DNA of 64,000 nucleotides from Nitrosopumilus sp. (lineage in GTDB: Archaea; Thermoproteota; Nitrososphaeria; Nitrososphaerales; Nitrosopumilaceae): assembly GCA_965219345.1 (NCBI GenBank), contig OZ244732.1, positions 864,001 through 928,000 on the forward strand. The letters are read 5' to 3'. Shown in pieces: positions 50,236-59,504 of this stretch. A model generated the notes under the pieces. It saw only the letters and a list, made by a program, of their open reading frames with translations. It was not told the origin of the DNA and did no database searches. The translations under genes and the position numbers were made by a program. The stretch's first letter is position 1. Every line of letters starts with the position of its first letter.

Positions 50236-50328
50236 CACGTGTGTACGGTAGTGAGACAAAGCCGCAATCGCGCTTGCCTGTATGGTTACGTCACGCATGA
50301 CCCTGTCTTTGGTCTAGTAGTCTCATCG

Positions 50329-50500
50329 GGTTCTGGTAAAAAACGGTGATCAAGATCACCAAAAATTAACAGCAGGGTTATGACAGATAATTTCAAGAAA
50401 ATTACCATGTACTAATTATCCTAGGATTTCAAAGAGCGATTCGGAGAGAAGATCTATGTCTGATGATTTATGGTGCAGATCACCAGAATTTACCAGAACC
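50329..50500. mobile_element. MITE copy 2
   Basis: GGTTCTGGTAAA...TTTACCAGAACC. Confidence 0.88.
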
Positions 50501-50569
50501 ATTCCGGATGTTCCAGAACCTTAGATCATCATATTTATATTATAAATGAAAAGAAGTCATATTAAATAA

Positions 50570-50980
50570 ATGAGAGACATACAAATAGTATTTACTGATA
50601 AGCTTAAAGACATACAAAAAAATCTCGAAAACGCAAATTATTCTGCATGTGATAGAATTTCTCATGATTTAGTAAATTTTGCATGGAATTTAGAATTAGA
50701 AGATGAAGTATTCATAAGTGAGATTTTAGAAGGTGTATTTAGTAATTTGGAGGAGATGTCTATTGGATATAAAATTCCAAAGGAAGTTAAAGAAAGAATA
50801 GATTTAGATATATCAGAGAGGATGAAATTATTGGCAGACACATACAATACAAAAGATCCACTCAAGCTATATGAAAGTCTCAAACAATTACGTTATGTTG
50901 CAACACTACATCAACTGAATGTACGGCAAAATTATGACACTTCGCCAAGACTTCCACAACATATATCTAAACGCGGATAA
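50570..50980 (+). CDS. Hypothetical helical protein
   Basis: AT-rich ORF, first of a coupled pair. Confidence 0.65.
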   Translation: MRDIQIVFTDKLKDIQKNLENANYSACDRISHDLVNFAWNLELEDEVFISEILEGVFSNLEEMSIGYKIPKEVKERIDLDISERMKLLADTYNTKDPLKLYESLKQLRYVATLHQLNVRQNYDTSPRLPQHISKRG

Positions 50981-50983
50981 ACT

Positions 50984-51391
50984 ATGACAAAAGTATCTGT
51001 AGATAAACATGAAGCAGAGTACGAACAAAACATGCAAACATTAGAATATATAAAAAAAGAATTTCAAAATACCACATCTGCCAATTCAAATAATTTTGTT
51101 TATCTAGGTGGCGAGTTATGTGATTTATTAGAAAGAGTATTAAGAAATCAGGATAAGGTACAACATATGATAGAAAGTTATGGTTTGGATCAGATCCAAG
51201 AAAACAACAGTGAAGATAATTTTGACTTGGATAAAGAAAATGTAAAGAGAATAATATTAAAAGAAATCAGTGTTGGTCAGGTATTTTATCCGAGTGACAT
51301 AGCTAATGAATATAATTTAGATCTAAAAATGGTGATGGATGTAATGTCTGAATTAAAAGAAAATAAACAAATTATTGAAAAGTTAGGATAG
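50984..51391 (+). CDS. Hypothetical protein with C-terminal wHTH
   Basis: FYPSDIANEYNLDLKMVMDVMSELKEN. Confidence 0.65.
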   Translation: MTKVSVDKHEAEYEQNMQTLEYIKKEFQNTTSANSNNFVYLGGELCDLLERVLRNQDKVQHMIESYGLDQIQENNSEDNFDLDKENVKRIILKEISVGQVFYPSDIANEYNLDLKMVMDVMSELKENKQIIEKLG

Positions 51392-51624
51392 TATGTCAAT
51401 TCACTATAACACAAATGATTCCATACGAGGCGAACGTATTGCATGTCAGTTCAGAAAAAAGAACAGTGAAAAACTAATACGCATGACTGGAAACCATAGA
51501 GGAACCAGGATGATCATATCAGGGAACGCATATTGTGTAATCGAAGTCCAAATGATAAGAATTGATTGATAATGATATCCAAGTTTAGGTGATATGTTGC
51601 ATTCTGTGCCCAACTTGCGATTGT

Positions 51625-52040
51625 GTTATTCCAAATCTTTTTTCACCTCTTCGAATTCACCCTTTGAGATATCCCCCTGGCATACCTTGCCTTGAGAATT
51701 GTTATCGGGTTCTCATCAGCAGAAGACCTGGCTGGCATGTTCTTTTTGTCCTTGGCAACATTGATCTTCTCTCTGACACAGTCGTATATTTTTTCTGCCA
51801 TCTCCTTTTGGTACTGCTCCTAGCTGACGGGGCAGTCCATACAAGCTGACACAGTCGTATATTTTTTCTGCCATCTCCTTTGGTATGGCATCTATCACGC
51901 CTTCAGTCCCTGCCCCGTATCGTAGTCTTTCTGTCATACTTTGATATTTCAATCAGACCGGGAATCGCAAACACAAGCGATGAAGAGAACAGGCCCTTCT
52001 CCAGCCTCACGTTTGTGGTCTGTCGGTAATAGTATTCCTC
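51625..52040 (-). pseudogene. SHOCT-domain protein, disrupted
   Basis: ILKARYARG-ISKGEFEEVKKDLE across a small frameshift; interrupted by the 73-bp duplication/insertion. Confidence 0.65.
51773..51881. repeat. Isolated repeat-spacer-repeat (36-bp exact duplication, 37-bp insert)
   Basis: ctgacacagtcgtatattttttctgccatctccttt at 51773 and 51846. Confidence 0.9.
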
Positions 52041-52336
52041 AATGGGTTCTGATAAATTCTGATGATCCTCTTTTCCTCATTTCTCAAATATATTATGAGT
52101 CTAGTATAATATTAGATGTTGACAACTAATTTGATAAGATATTGGGTTGAGCACAAAGCCAATCTTTGATGATCATACGGATCTAAAGCGCAGCTAAGCA
52201 CATTCTGACTCGTCTGCATATAACTGGAATCCCTCACCTGTCAGATGGAAAAAAGCGTCAGACTCTGAGCTCTGACTCGTATCTTTATGCTCCTTTCAAG
52301 TTCTGTCTTCCTACCACATTTGTCTCACCTGATAAC

Positions 52337-52722
52337 GGTGAGACAGTATGAACAGAGGGCCGTCAATCCAGCTCGAGCAGATCCCCGAATTCATTGAGAT
52401 GCTAAAGTGGGTATGCGAGAGATATTCCAAAGGTAAAATCGGATCTAAGATGGCAAGGACTGGGCACGTTTGCAGATTTTATAGAAGAAGAAGAATAATA
52501 ATAATAATGATGATGATGATGCAAATCACTGCAAGCAATGATGCCGTGTATGACCCCCCGATAATCTCTGATGCCATGACAAGGCATCCTGCCAAGATAA
52601 TACATGACGCGTGGAAGCTCTTGGGAGTTGCACGGACTCTGTGCGCCTAAGAAAGCACAAAAAGACAATCAAAAAGATAGGCGGGAACCCGTAGGAATTC
52701 TTGACTCCTAACATTTTTTTAG
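52337..52722 (+). repeat. ~380-bp dispersed repeat, copy A
   Basis: Inverted homologue at 55181-55619. Confidence 0.88.
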
Positions 52723-52744
52723 TGGTACAACATACATGAGACAC

Positions 52745-52873
52745 ATGTCAGATACAAGGGAGGTAGATGATCTTACTCCTGAGGAGATCAAAGATATTGA
52801 TGAATTCTATCAATCAAAAGACAGAAAAACATCATCAATTGAGGAATTTCTTGAAGAATTGCATAACTCTTGA
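52745..52873 (+). CDS. Putative antitoxin (42 aa)
   Basis: DLTPEEIKDI...SSIEEFLEEL; overlaps the toxin start. Confidence 0.7.
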   Translation: MSDTREVDDLTPEEIKDIDEFYQSKDRKTSSIEEFLEELHNS

Positions 52874-53139
52874 CTGGATGGATTCCAGATAGACGTCCCA
52901 TATTTTCCAAACAATTTGGTAGATTAGATTCCAAAATACAAAAAAGAGTTGAAGAAGCCGTATTGGAACTACTCACTACTGAAAATCCTGCACGCCTTGG
53001 AAAATACAAGCAGGGCAAGAGAGTGTTTGCATACGATATAGGCAGAAAGTACAGGATAATCTACAATGTCAACTGGAGTGACAACACGATTGAATTTCTC
53101 AGGGTATGTGATCACAAGTCAGTCTACGGCAAAGACTAA
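52870..53139 (+). CDS. relE: RelE/ParE family toxin
   Basis: FSKQFGRLD..IQKR...IGRKYRIIY.V...V.DHKSVY. Confidence 0.85.
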   Translation: MTGWIPDRRPIFSKQFGRLDSKIQKRVEEAVLELLTTENPARLGKYKQGKRVFAYDIGRKYRIIYNVNWSDNTIEFLRVCDHKSVYGKD

Positions 53140-53419
53140 AACATTTTTTCCTGACCGAACCGATGGCCCAAACCCGTTTTATCTTCAGCGCAAGCCAAAG
53201 GTCAATCCTGCAGACATGTGGCGGGGGCAAAGCAAGAAAAAAACAATTCTGGAGAATATTTTTCAGAAAATACAGCAGGCAGACTCTCTGCAAGCTGCAA
53301 CAAAAAACCAATCAACACGGAGGTTGAAGCATGGAAGACAGCAACATACCTAAATTAGAAAAGACAGATAACATACCTTTTGATGAGAAGATAATCCATC
53401 ATAGGTATACAAACAACAG

Positions 53420-54018
53420 CTCTTTACGTGGCTTTTAGAGAGTATGACCCAAATACTGAAACGTACTTTGGATATGCAAACCTGAATTCGGACATTGATG
53501 CCCCAATGGATGATGATACCCGTTATTGGCTGGCTTCTGATGTTGCAGACAACAAGTTCCAGCACGTGCCGATAACCTGTTGAGATTAACCAAGCTACAA
53601 GCTGGCAAGAATCCTAGAAATTTCATTACTGATGGACTTCCAGCTTACATGAAATCATCAAAGAGAGTGTGTTTGGAAGAAAGACAAACCATGTCAGACA
53701 TATCCACTTGGCAGGAAAAAGAGACAGGGATAATAACAATAAAATGGAAAGACTGAACGGTGAAATAAGAGATCGTGAAAAGGTATTCAGAGGTCTCAAA
53801 AAGATGGATACTGGAATACTTGATGGAATGAGAGTCTGCTATAATTTCACAAAAAAACATGGAGCTCTAAAAGGCAAGACACCAGCATAGGCTTCATTAA
53901 TTGAGGCGGATGGTAGGAACAAATGGAAGACAATAATTCAAAATGTCTCACTAAACAAGGATTCTGAATAGGTATGAAATTTCAGGGAAAATCCATATCA
54001 CGAAGACTACACAGAACC
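53420..54018 (+). pseudogene. IS6-family transposase remnant with right TIR
   Basis: MDDDTRYWLA, FITDGLPAY, NNKMERLNGEIRDR, YNF..H..L.GKTPA*; ends CACAGAACC. Confidence 0.88.
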
Positions 54019-54069
54019 TACAGAAAAAAACCCTAAATAATTATATTGTGTAGTAAAAAGTAAAGTCTC

Positions 54070-54207
54070 ATGACAATAGATTATACGAAACTAACAGCAA
54101 AAGAATTAGTCGAAAAAATCAAAAGTGGAGAAATCGGTTCTTGTGTGTATAGTACGATGGAAGAATTTTATGAAGGACTGAGACAGCATGCGCCTAATTC
54201 TAGTTGA
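54070..54207 (+). CDS. Putative antitoxin followed by a decayed toxin-like frame
   Basis: YSTMEEFYEGL tail; overlapping ATG of a broken ORF at 54188. Confidence 0.5.
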   Translation: MTIDYTKLTAKELVEKIKSGEIGSCVYSTMEEFYEGLRQHAPNSS

Positions 54208-54732
54208 CGGCTTTTGGCTACAATTTTTTACATTTGATCCAAACAATGGTGATCGAGATTTAATCACTACAGCTCTTTCAAATATGCAAAGTTTAGCTGC
54301 CACTTGCATTGTTAGAAGTTAAAAATGATTATTCATATATTCAATTCCCAATTAAAAACAATAAATATTGCAATTCGTTTTAGATGCTGATTCTGTTATC
54401 GCTATGATTTATGATGGTAATAAAGCATCATTTGAAGAAAACCCCGCTAATCATTAGTTATTCATTTTACAAAAGATTCAGGGAGTTATTTAATTTTAAA
54501 TGATAAAAAGTAGTCTGAAGCAGTGACTTTGAATCCAAGACCCCTGAAACAAAAGAAATCAGAGCTTGAAAGGAACATAAGAAGATACAAGTCAGATCTT
54601 AGAGTCTGACGCTTTTTTTCTAACTGACAGACGATATCTTTTTCCAGGCATTAAGATAGTGTTTATTCTTTGATTTAAATCTCCAAACTCATTCTAATCT
54701 GTTAAGATCTTATAATGACTCTTCCAACAATA

Positions 54733-54904
54733 GGTTCTGGTAAAAAACGGTGATCAGGATCACCAGAATTTAACAGCATGGTTATGACAGATAATTTCAA
54801 GAAAATTACCCGGTACTGGTTATCCCAGGATTTCAAAGAGCGATTCGGAGAGAAGATCCATGTCTGATGATTTATGGTGCAGATCACCAGAATTTACCAG
54901 AACC
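54733..54904. mobile_element. MITE copy 3
   Basis: Same TIRs and body as copy 2. Confidence 0.88.
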
Positions 54905-54910
54905 TTCCAG

Positions 54911-55159
54911 CTAGTCATCTTTCTTCAGATCTTCTAATAGATCCTCAACATCGGAGAACACCTTTCCGGCTGGCTCGTTTTGCGCATCGATGATACCAAG
55001 TACTTCTTCAGGAATCAAATCATCTTCATGCAAGTCTTTTAGGTATTGCTCGAAGCTTTTAGATTTTGAGATTTCATCTTTCTCAAAATCTTCCCTGATT
55101 ATCTCCAGCTTGTCTTCTGGAAGATGGTCAAAGTGGTTTACGGTCCTGGTTTCAGACAT
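54911..55159 (-). CDS. Putative antitoxin (partner gene cut by MITE)
   Basis: Acidic; KVFSDVEDLLEDL tail; overlapping ATG ACT AGC TGG frame runs straight into the MITE. Confidence 0.65.
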   Translation of the reverse strand: MSETRTVNHFDHLPEDKLEIIREDFEKDEISKSKSFEQYLKDLHEDDLIPEEVLGIIDAQNEPAGKVFSDVEDLLEDLKKDD

Positions 55160-55180
55160 GTCTTTTTTATTTTCTGCATC

Positions 55181-55619
55181 CTAAAAAATGTTAGGAGTCA
55201 AGAATTCCTACGGGTTCCCGCCTTGTCTTTTTGATTGTCTTTTTGTGTCTTCTTAGGCGCACAGAGTCCTGTGCAATTCCTAGGATCTTCCACGCGTCAT
55301 GTATTACCTTGGCAGGATGCCTTGCCATGGCATCAGAGATTATCGAGTCATTAATTATTTTTAGTTAGTTTTTGATTTTTCAAGCAGGATGCCTTGCCAT
55401 GGCATCAGAGATTATCGAGGGGGTCATACTACGGCATCATTGCTTGCAGTGATTTGCATCATTATTCTTCTTCTATAAAATCTGCAAACGTGCCCAGTCC
55501 TTGCCATCTTGGACTCGATTTTACCTTTGGAATATCTCTCGTATATCCCTTTAGCATCTCAATGAATTCGGGAATCTGCTCGAGCTGGATTGACGGTCCT
55601 CTGTTCATACTGTCTCACC
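55181..55619 (-). repeat. ~380-bp dispersed repeat, copy B (with 72-bp insertion)
   Basis: Reverse complement of 52337-52722. Confidence 0.88.
55312..55419. repeat. Isolated repeat-spacer-repeat (36-bp exact duplication, 36-bp insert)
   Basis: gcaggatgccttgccatggcatcagagattatcgag at 55312 and 55384; single copy in the paralogue at 52557-52592. Confidence 0.93.
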
Positions 55620-56337
55620 AACCATTAACGGCATTTACATTAAAGCCGTAATTTTGGTTATATTTGCCGTCAATAATATCGGCATTTACTATATCGTATT
55701 TCTGTCCGTCTTTGTTTATTGTCATGTTTAGTTTTCCGTAATTCAGATCATCATCTATAATATGCACATTATAGCCAATATTATTATTAATTCTATAATC
55801 TAAAATTGTAATTAATGGTTCATAATTACTATCAAAGTCTTTAGACTCAAAATTATGTAATGTGCCATTAATAATTCTAAGAGTGTCATTAAAAGCCGTT
55901 ATCTTAGTATTTTTAGGTAAGGTATTCTTAATTCTATCATTTACAATTAATTTAAAATCAAAAATATCTTTTTGTTTTACATCTTTGATTTTTATTTTTG
56001 GTAAAATTGTATCAAAGTCATTTAGAGTTATAGTATTATTTGTTGGATTCAGATAAGTCCAATTATAAGATAATTTTCTTTTTTCAGGGTCATAAGAGCC
56101 AATGCCGTTTAGTAGCAATTCGGCAAATTTACCATTAATAAAATTATGATAAATTATTTGATCTAAATTAACAAAGGCATGGGGTTTATGATTCGTTGAA
56201 CCACTTTTAAGATATTTAACAAAAAAAGAATCCTCTAAATTATCATTAATGGTTTTTTTATCAAAGTTTTTTTCTGCATTAATTGTTATTTTGTATTCTC
56301 CTAAAACGGAATTACTAGGGATAAAATATTTTGTCAA
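55615..56337 (-). pseudogene. Very AT-rich fragment of a PKD/Ig-domain surface protein
   Basis: LNGIGSYDPEKRKLSYNWT...FDFKLIVND; 3' end abuts repeat copy B. Confidence 0.6.
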
Positions 56338-56421
56338 AAAATATACGAATTACATACTGTTAATTATTTTACACACAGAATTTGGAATAAATTTAATACT
56401 CTGGATTAACATAGTTGCGCT

Positions 56422-56640
56422 GTGAGTACGACAGTCCAGAAAAAAACATGCACAGTAGCCATAACTCCGGATAAAATCGATGGCGGTTTTGTGGGAGAAT
56501 GTGCTGAATTAAGTGCTTTCTCACAAGGTGAGACATATGGTGAGATTATGGAAAACATGAAGGAAGCTATGGAACTTGCAGCTGAGGAAAGTGGCAAAAC
56601 AAATGATTTTAACATACTAGTTATTCAAAAAACACAATGA
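56422..56640 (+). CDS. hicB: HicB family antitoxin
   Basis: DGGFVGECAEL.AFSQGETYGEIMENMKEAMEL. Confidence 0.88.
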   Translation: MSTTVQKKTCTVAITPDKIDGGFVGECAELSAFSQGETYGEIMENMKEAMELAAEESGKTNDFNILVIQKTQ

Positions 56641-56735
56641 CAAAAGTTCCACGTGTTTCTGGAAATACAATGATAAACTATTTGATCAAAAAGAATTTTT
56701 TCATAGCTAGTAGAAAAGGCGGTCATGCTGCCCTT
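56637..56735 (+). pseudogene. hicA: HicA toxin 5' fragment
   Basis: MTKVPRVSG...F...RKGGH, then GC-rich IS DNA. Confidence 0.75.
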
Positions 56736-57031
56736 GGCAATCAGAGGGTTCACTAGCGTATTCTGTCTGACACATCAGCTGCTGCTGATGGACTCTGACG
56801 GGTATGACGCCAAGTGGGTGCACGGGGTACCAGCGCCAGAGCTGCAATCCACGTCAGGAGGCAGGAGCCGGGATTCCGGACCCGCGGCAGGCACAGGAAG
56901 CAGATGAGGAGGGAGTTCGAGTTGGGGTCTGCGCTGGAGGAGTACGGGCAGAGGAACAAGACGGAGAGACCGTGTTCTCCGTGATCAAGAGGATGTTCGG
57001 ATCAGACATCAGGTCGCATAGCGGGCAGCAT
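56725..57031 (+). mobile_element. GC-rich IS5-like DDE transposase remnant
   Basis: DSDGYDA...YGQRNKTE-TVFSVIKRMFG in broken frames; 9-bp IR atgctgccc/gggcagcat at the ends. Confidence 0.7.
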
Positions 57032-57581
57032 CTTTTGAAGTTGCTTCAGCTGGCGTCTCTACTGCTTCAGGTTCAGATTTTGTCTTCTCTAGCATTTCTG
57101 GAATCTTAGATTCAGGTGAAAAATGTACACTGCCTTCTTCTCCTACTGTAACTGTGTATGATGGAATGTCTATTTTTCTTTCCCCGATCATTATGTGTCC
57201 ATGAATTACTGCTTGCCTTGCTTGATATGGTGTTTTGAATCCAAGCTTCTTTGAAACAATAGTTTGTAATCTACGTGAAAGTAAATCATTCACATTTAGA
57301 TTAAGTACATCATCTAATGTTGCATCACTACTTACTAATCCAATTCTAGCAAGTGATTTCATTAAGATTGGTTCTTTTTCCTCCCTAACTTCTTGTCTTA
57401 ATGCAAGTAATGATCTTGCTTGATGTCTTACACGTGATAATTCTGTATGTGCTTTCCATAATTCTCTTTTAGTTCTTAATCCAAATGTACCGAGAGTTTT
57501 TAGCTCTTCCATCTTTAGTTCATAATTAAGAGGTCTCTTTGGTTTTCTCCAAACTCTACGTGGATATTTTGGATCTCCCAT
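57009..57581 (-). CDS. rps4: 30S ribosomal protein S4
   Basis: [22 protein letters not shown]. Confidence 0.96.
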   Translation of the reverse strand: MGDPKYPRRVWRKPKRPLNYELKMEELKTLGTFGLRTKRELWKAHTELSRVRHQARSLLALRQEVREEKEPILMKSLARIGLVSSDATLDDVLNLNVNDLLSRRLQTIVSKKLGFKTPYQARQAVIHGHIMIGERKIDIPSYTVTVGEEGSVHFSPESKIPEMLEKTKSEPEAVETPAEATSKDAARYAT

Positions 57582-57590
57582 TCAAAACAC

Positions 57591-58190
57591 CTATTTAGTT
57601 TTCTCCGCTGGAGCTTCCTTCTTTCCTGTTGCTGGAACTTCCTTCTTTTCTGCATCTGCTGGAGCTGCTGTTTCTGCTGTAGTTGTATCTGTTGCATCTG
57701 CTGCTGGAGCTCCTGGATCTCCCTTCTTTGCTGGAGCTGCCAGTCCACCTTTAGCAACACCAACTGCTCCACCTTTTCTACCTGAGGTTCTGGTTCTCTG
57801 TCCTCTAACTTTTAAACCGCTTAGATGACGGTAACCTCTCCAACTTGCAGTTATTCTTTCTCTTTCAATGTCATTTCTTAATGTAAATGGAATATCTGAT
57901 GTTAACAAATGCAAATCTGCTCCGGTTTCAATATCCTTATTTCTATTAAGAAACCATGTTGGGAAATTTCCTCCAATTGGATCTAAAATTAATTTTTCAA
58001 TTGCTTCTATATTAGCATCAGAAAGATTACCAATATTGGAATTTGTGTTAATTTTTAGAGTATCAAGAATTGCAGTGGCAAAGTTATATCCAATACCTTT
58101 GATCTGAGTTAACCCTACAATCGATTTTCTCTCTCCTGGGATATCGTTACCCACAATCCTTACAATATGTCTATATTCTTGACTACTCAA
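57591..58190 (-). CDS. rps13: 30S ribosomal protein S13
   Basis: [20 protein letters not shown]; TTG start inferred. Confidence 0.96.
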   Translation of the reverse strand: MSSQEYRHIVRIVGNDIPGERKSIVGLTQIKGIGYNFATAILDTLKINTNSNIGNLSDANIEAIEKLILDPIGGNFPTWFLNRNKDIETGADLHLLTSDIPFTLRNDIERERITASWRGYRHLSGLKVRGQRTRTSGRKGGAVGVAKGGLAAPAKKGDPGAPAADATDTTTAETAAPADAEKKEVPATGKKEAPAEKTK

Positions 58191-58316
58191 GTATTCCAAA
58201 ATTCAAAGAAACCCCGATAAAAACCATGCTAGGCGTCAAATACTGTAATTTTTTAAATGTTCATTTCTGATGATTTTTGACCCTAGTCATAATCACAATG
58301 ACTTTTTCAATTCAGA

Positions 58317-58469
58317 TTATCTAAAGTCCTCATCCTTTGTCCAGTCATTGCCTTGTGCATTCCACAGGTTACATTTACAGCATTTTTTGACTCCTCGTTG
58401 GGCATCAATCTCTATACAAAAACAGTGTTCCCCTTTCCCAGTTGGATCTTCACTGCATAGTTTTTGCAT
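58317..58469 (-). CDS. 50-aa Cys-rich protein
   Basis: MQKLCSEDPTGKGEHCFC...CCKCNLW; below the ORF-track cutoff. Confidence 0.6.
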   Translation of the reverse strand: MQKLCSEDPTGKGEHCFCIEIDAQRGVKKCCKCNLWNAQGNDWTKDEDFR

Positions 58470-58557
58470 GATTCTGTGAGTGTCTTTTTCCTAATTATCT
58501 TATTGGGCACGATCTATTTGAAAAGTTATAAATTTCCAAATTTTCTATTTTAGGGAG

Positions 58558-58869
58558 ATGGATAAAACATTTGATCGAGAGAAAGTTGTAGATTGTATGT
58601 TTGATCCCGTAACATCTTCAATATTGGCAGAACTAGAAGATGGTGCAAAAGAATGTTCATTTTTAGCCCAACAAGTTTCCATATCTGAATCTGAGGTTCT
58701 TGAAAGACTGTCTTATTTGACAGAGCATGAATTCATTTCCAAAAACTCTGATGATGGAAAATGTTTACTTATTGCTAATTTTGACAAACTTAGTATCATT
58801 GTTGAAAATAATGAGAATTTTGATGATGCCATGAATAGTATTGCAAAAATGGATAGTTATCTAAACTGA
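58558..58869 (+). CDS. ArsR-like wHTH protein
   Basis: FDPVTSSILAEL...LSYLTEHEFI. Confidence 0.72.
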   Translation: MDKTFDREKVVDCMFDPVTSSILAELEDGAKECSFLAQQVSISESEVLERLSYLTEHEFISKNSDDGKCLLIANFDKLSIIVENNENFDDAMNSIAKMDSYLN

Positions 58870-59364
58870 TCTTACTCTATTTTTAACCCCGTATATTCCT
58901 GCTGCTACTAACCCAACCATTCCAATAACAAGTATATACACTGAAACAAAACCAAGTGATTTCTTACCCGCATCTGGAAGTGGTCCTATAGCTGCAAACA
59001 TTTGGGTTTCTTCATCACTAGTACTTTCAATGATTAGTTTGTAAGTTCCAGTCTCTAAAACATCAAATCCTTTTTCAATAGTTTCTTCATTAATTGTCTG
59101 AGAAATAATTTCACTTCCAGATGGATCCAATACCTTTGCAAAAAATGTATTGTCTTTAAATTCCATTATTTGGACTGCAAAAACTCCTATTGATGTATCT
59201 TGTAAAACAAAATCTCCAGAAATTACAAGTGTTTGTTCTGAACTTACTTTCCCACTTCCTTGACTAACTCCTTCTAGAATAATTTGATTTCCTAAAACTA
59301 ACAAAATTAATCCTATCACAATTAATGCCACTGAACAGATGAGCATTATTCCTAGTTTTTGCAC
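58861..59364 (-). CDS. Membrane protein with extracellular beta domain
   Basis: N- and C-terminal TM helices. Confidence 0.75.
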   Translation of the reverse strand: MQKLGIMLICSVALIVIGLILLVLGNQIILEGVSQGSGKVSSEQTLVISGDFVLQDTSIGVFAVQIMEFKDNTFFAKVLDPSGSEIISQTINEETIEKGFDVLETGTYKLIIESTSDEETQMFAAIGPLPDAGKKSLGFVSVYILVIGMVGLVAAGIYGVKNRVRSV

Positions 59365-59433
59365 AAATTATGACTGATTTTCTTTAGTTTAAACGTAATT
59401 TTTTTAAAATCTGCAAATATTTGGTATACAAAG

Positions 59434-59466
59434 TTAGATCATGCTAAAAAAGTTAGCTTAGGGTAA
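59434..59466. promoter_or_regulatory. Tandem DtxR/MntR-like operator boxes
   Basis: TTAG-N6-CTAA and TTAG-N6-GTAA upstream of the MCO-ZIP operon. Confidence 0.55.
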
Positions 59467-59504
59467 ATTTAAATTACAATTGAGAAGTGTGCAAAATATC
59501 TCTA

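Noticed and set aside
45138-50267. Series of minus-strand ORFs (93 aa repeated, etc.)
   Set aside because: Antisense shadows of the GC-rich repeat gene.
50251-50326. Mini-element bounded by TGAGAC/GTCTCA
   Set aside because: Only a 6-bp IR and a single copy; could be chance or a terminator-like structure.
52348-52744. ORFs with poly-R/I/M or poly-H/Y/S runs
   Set aside because: Products of microsatellite expansion in a decayed repeat; frames are not preserved in copy B.
5602-55419. Calling the three repeat-spacer-repeat units bona fide CRISPR arrays
   Set aside because: Each has only two repeats, the repeats differ from one another and derive from local sequence, and there is no leader or cas gene in view; reported as insertion scars instead.
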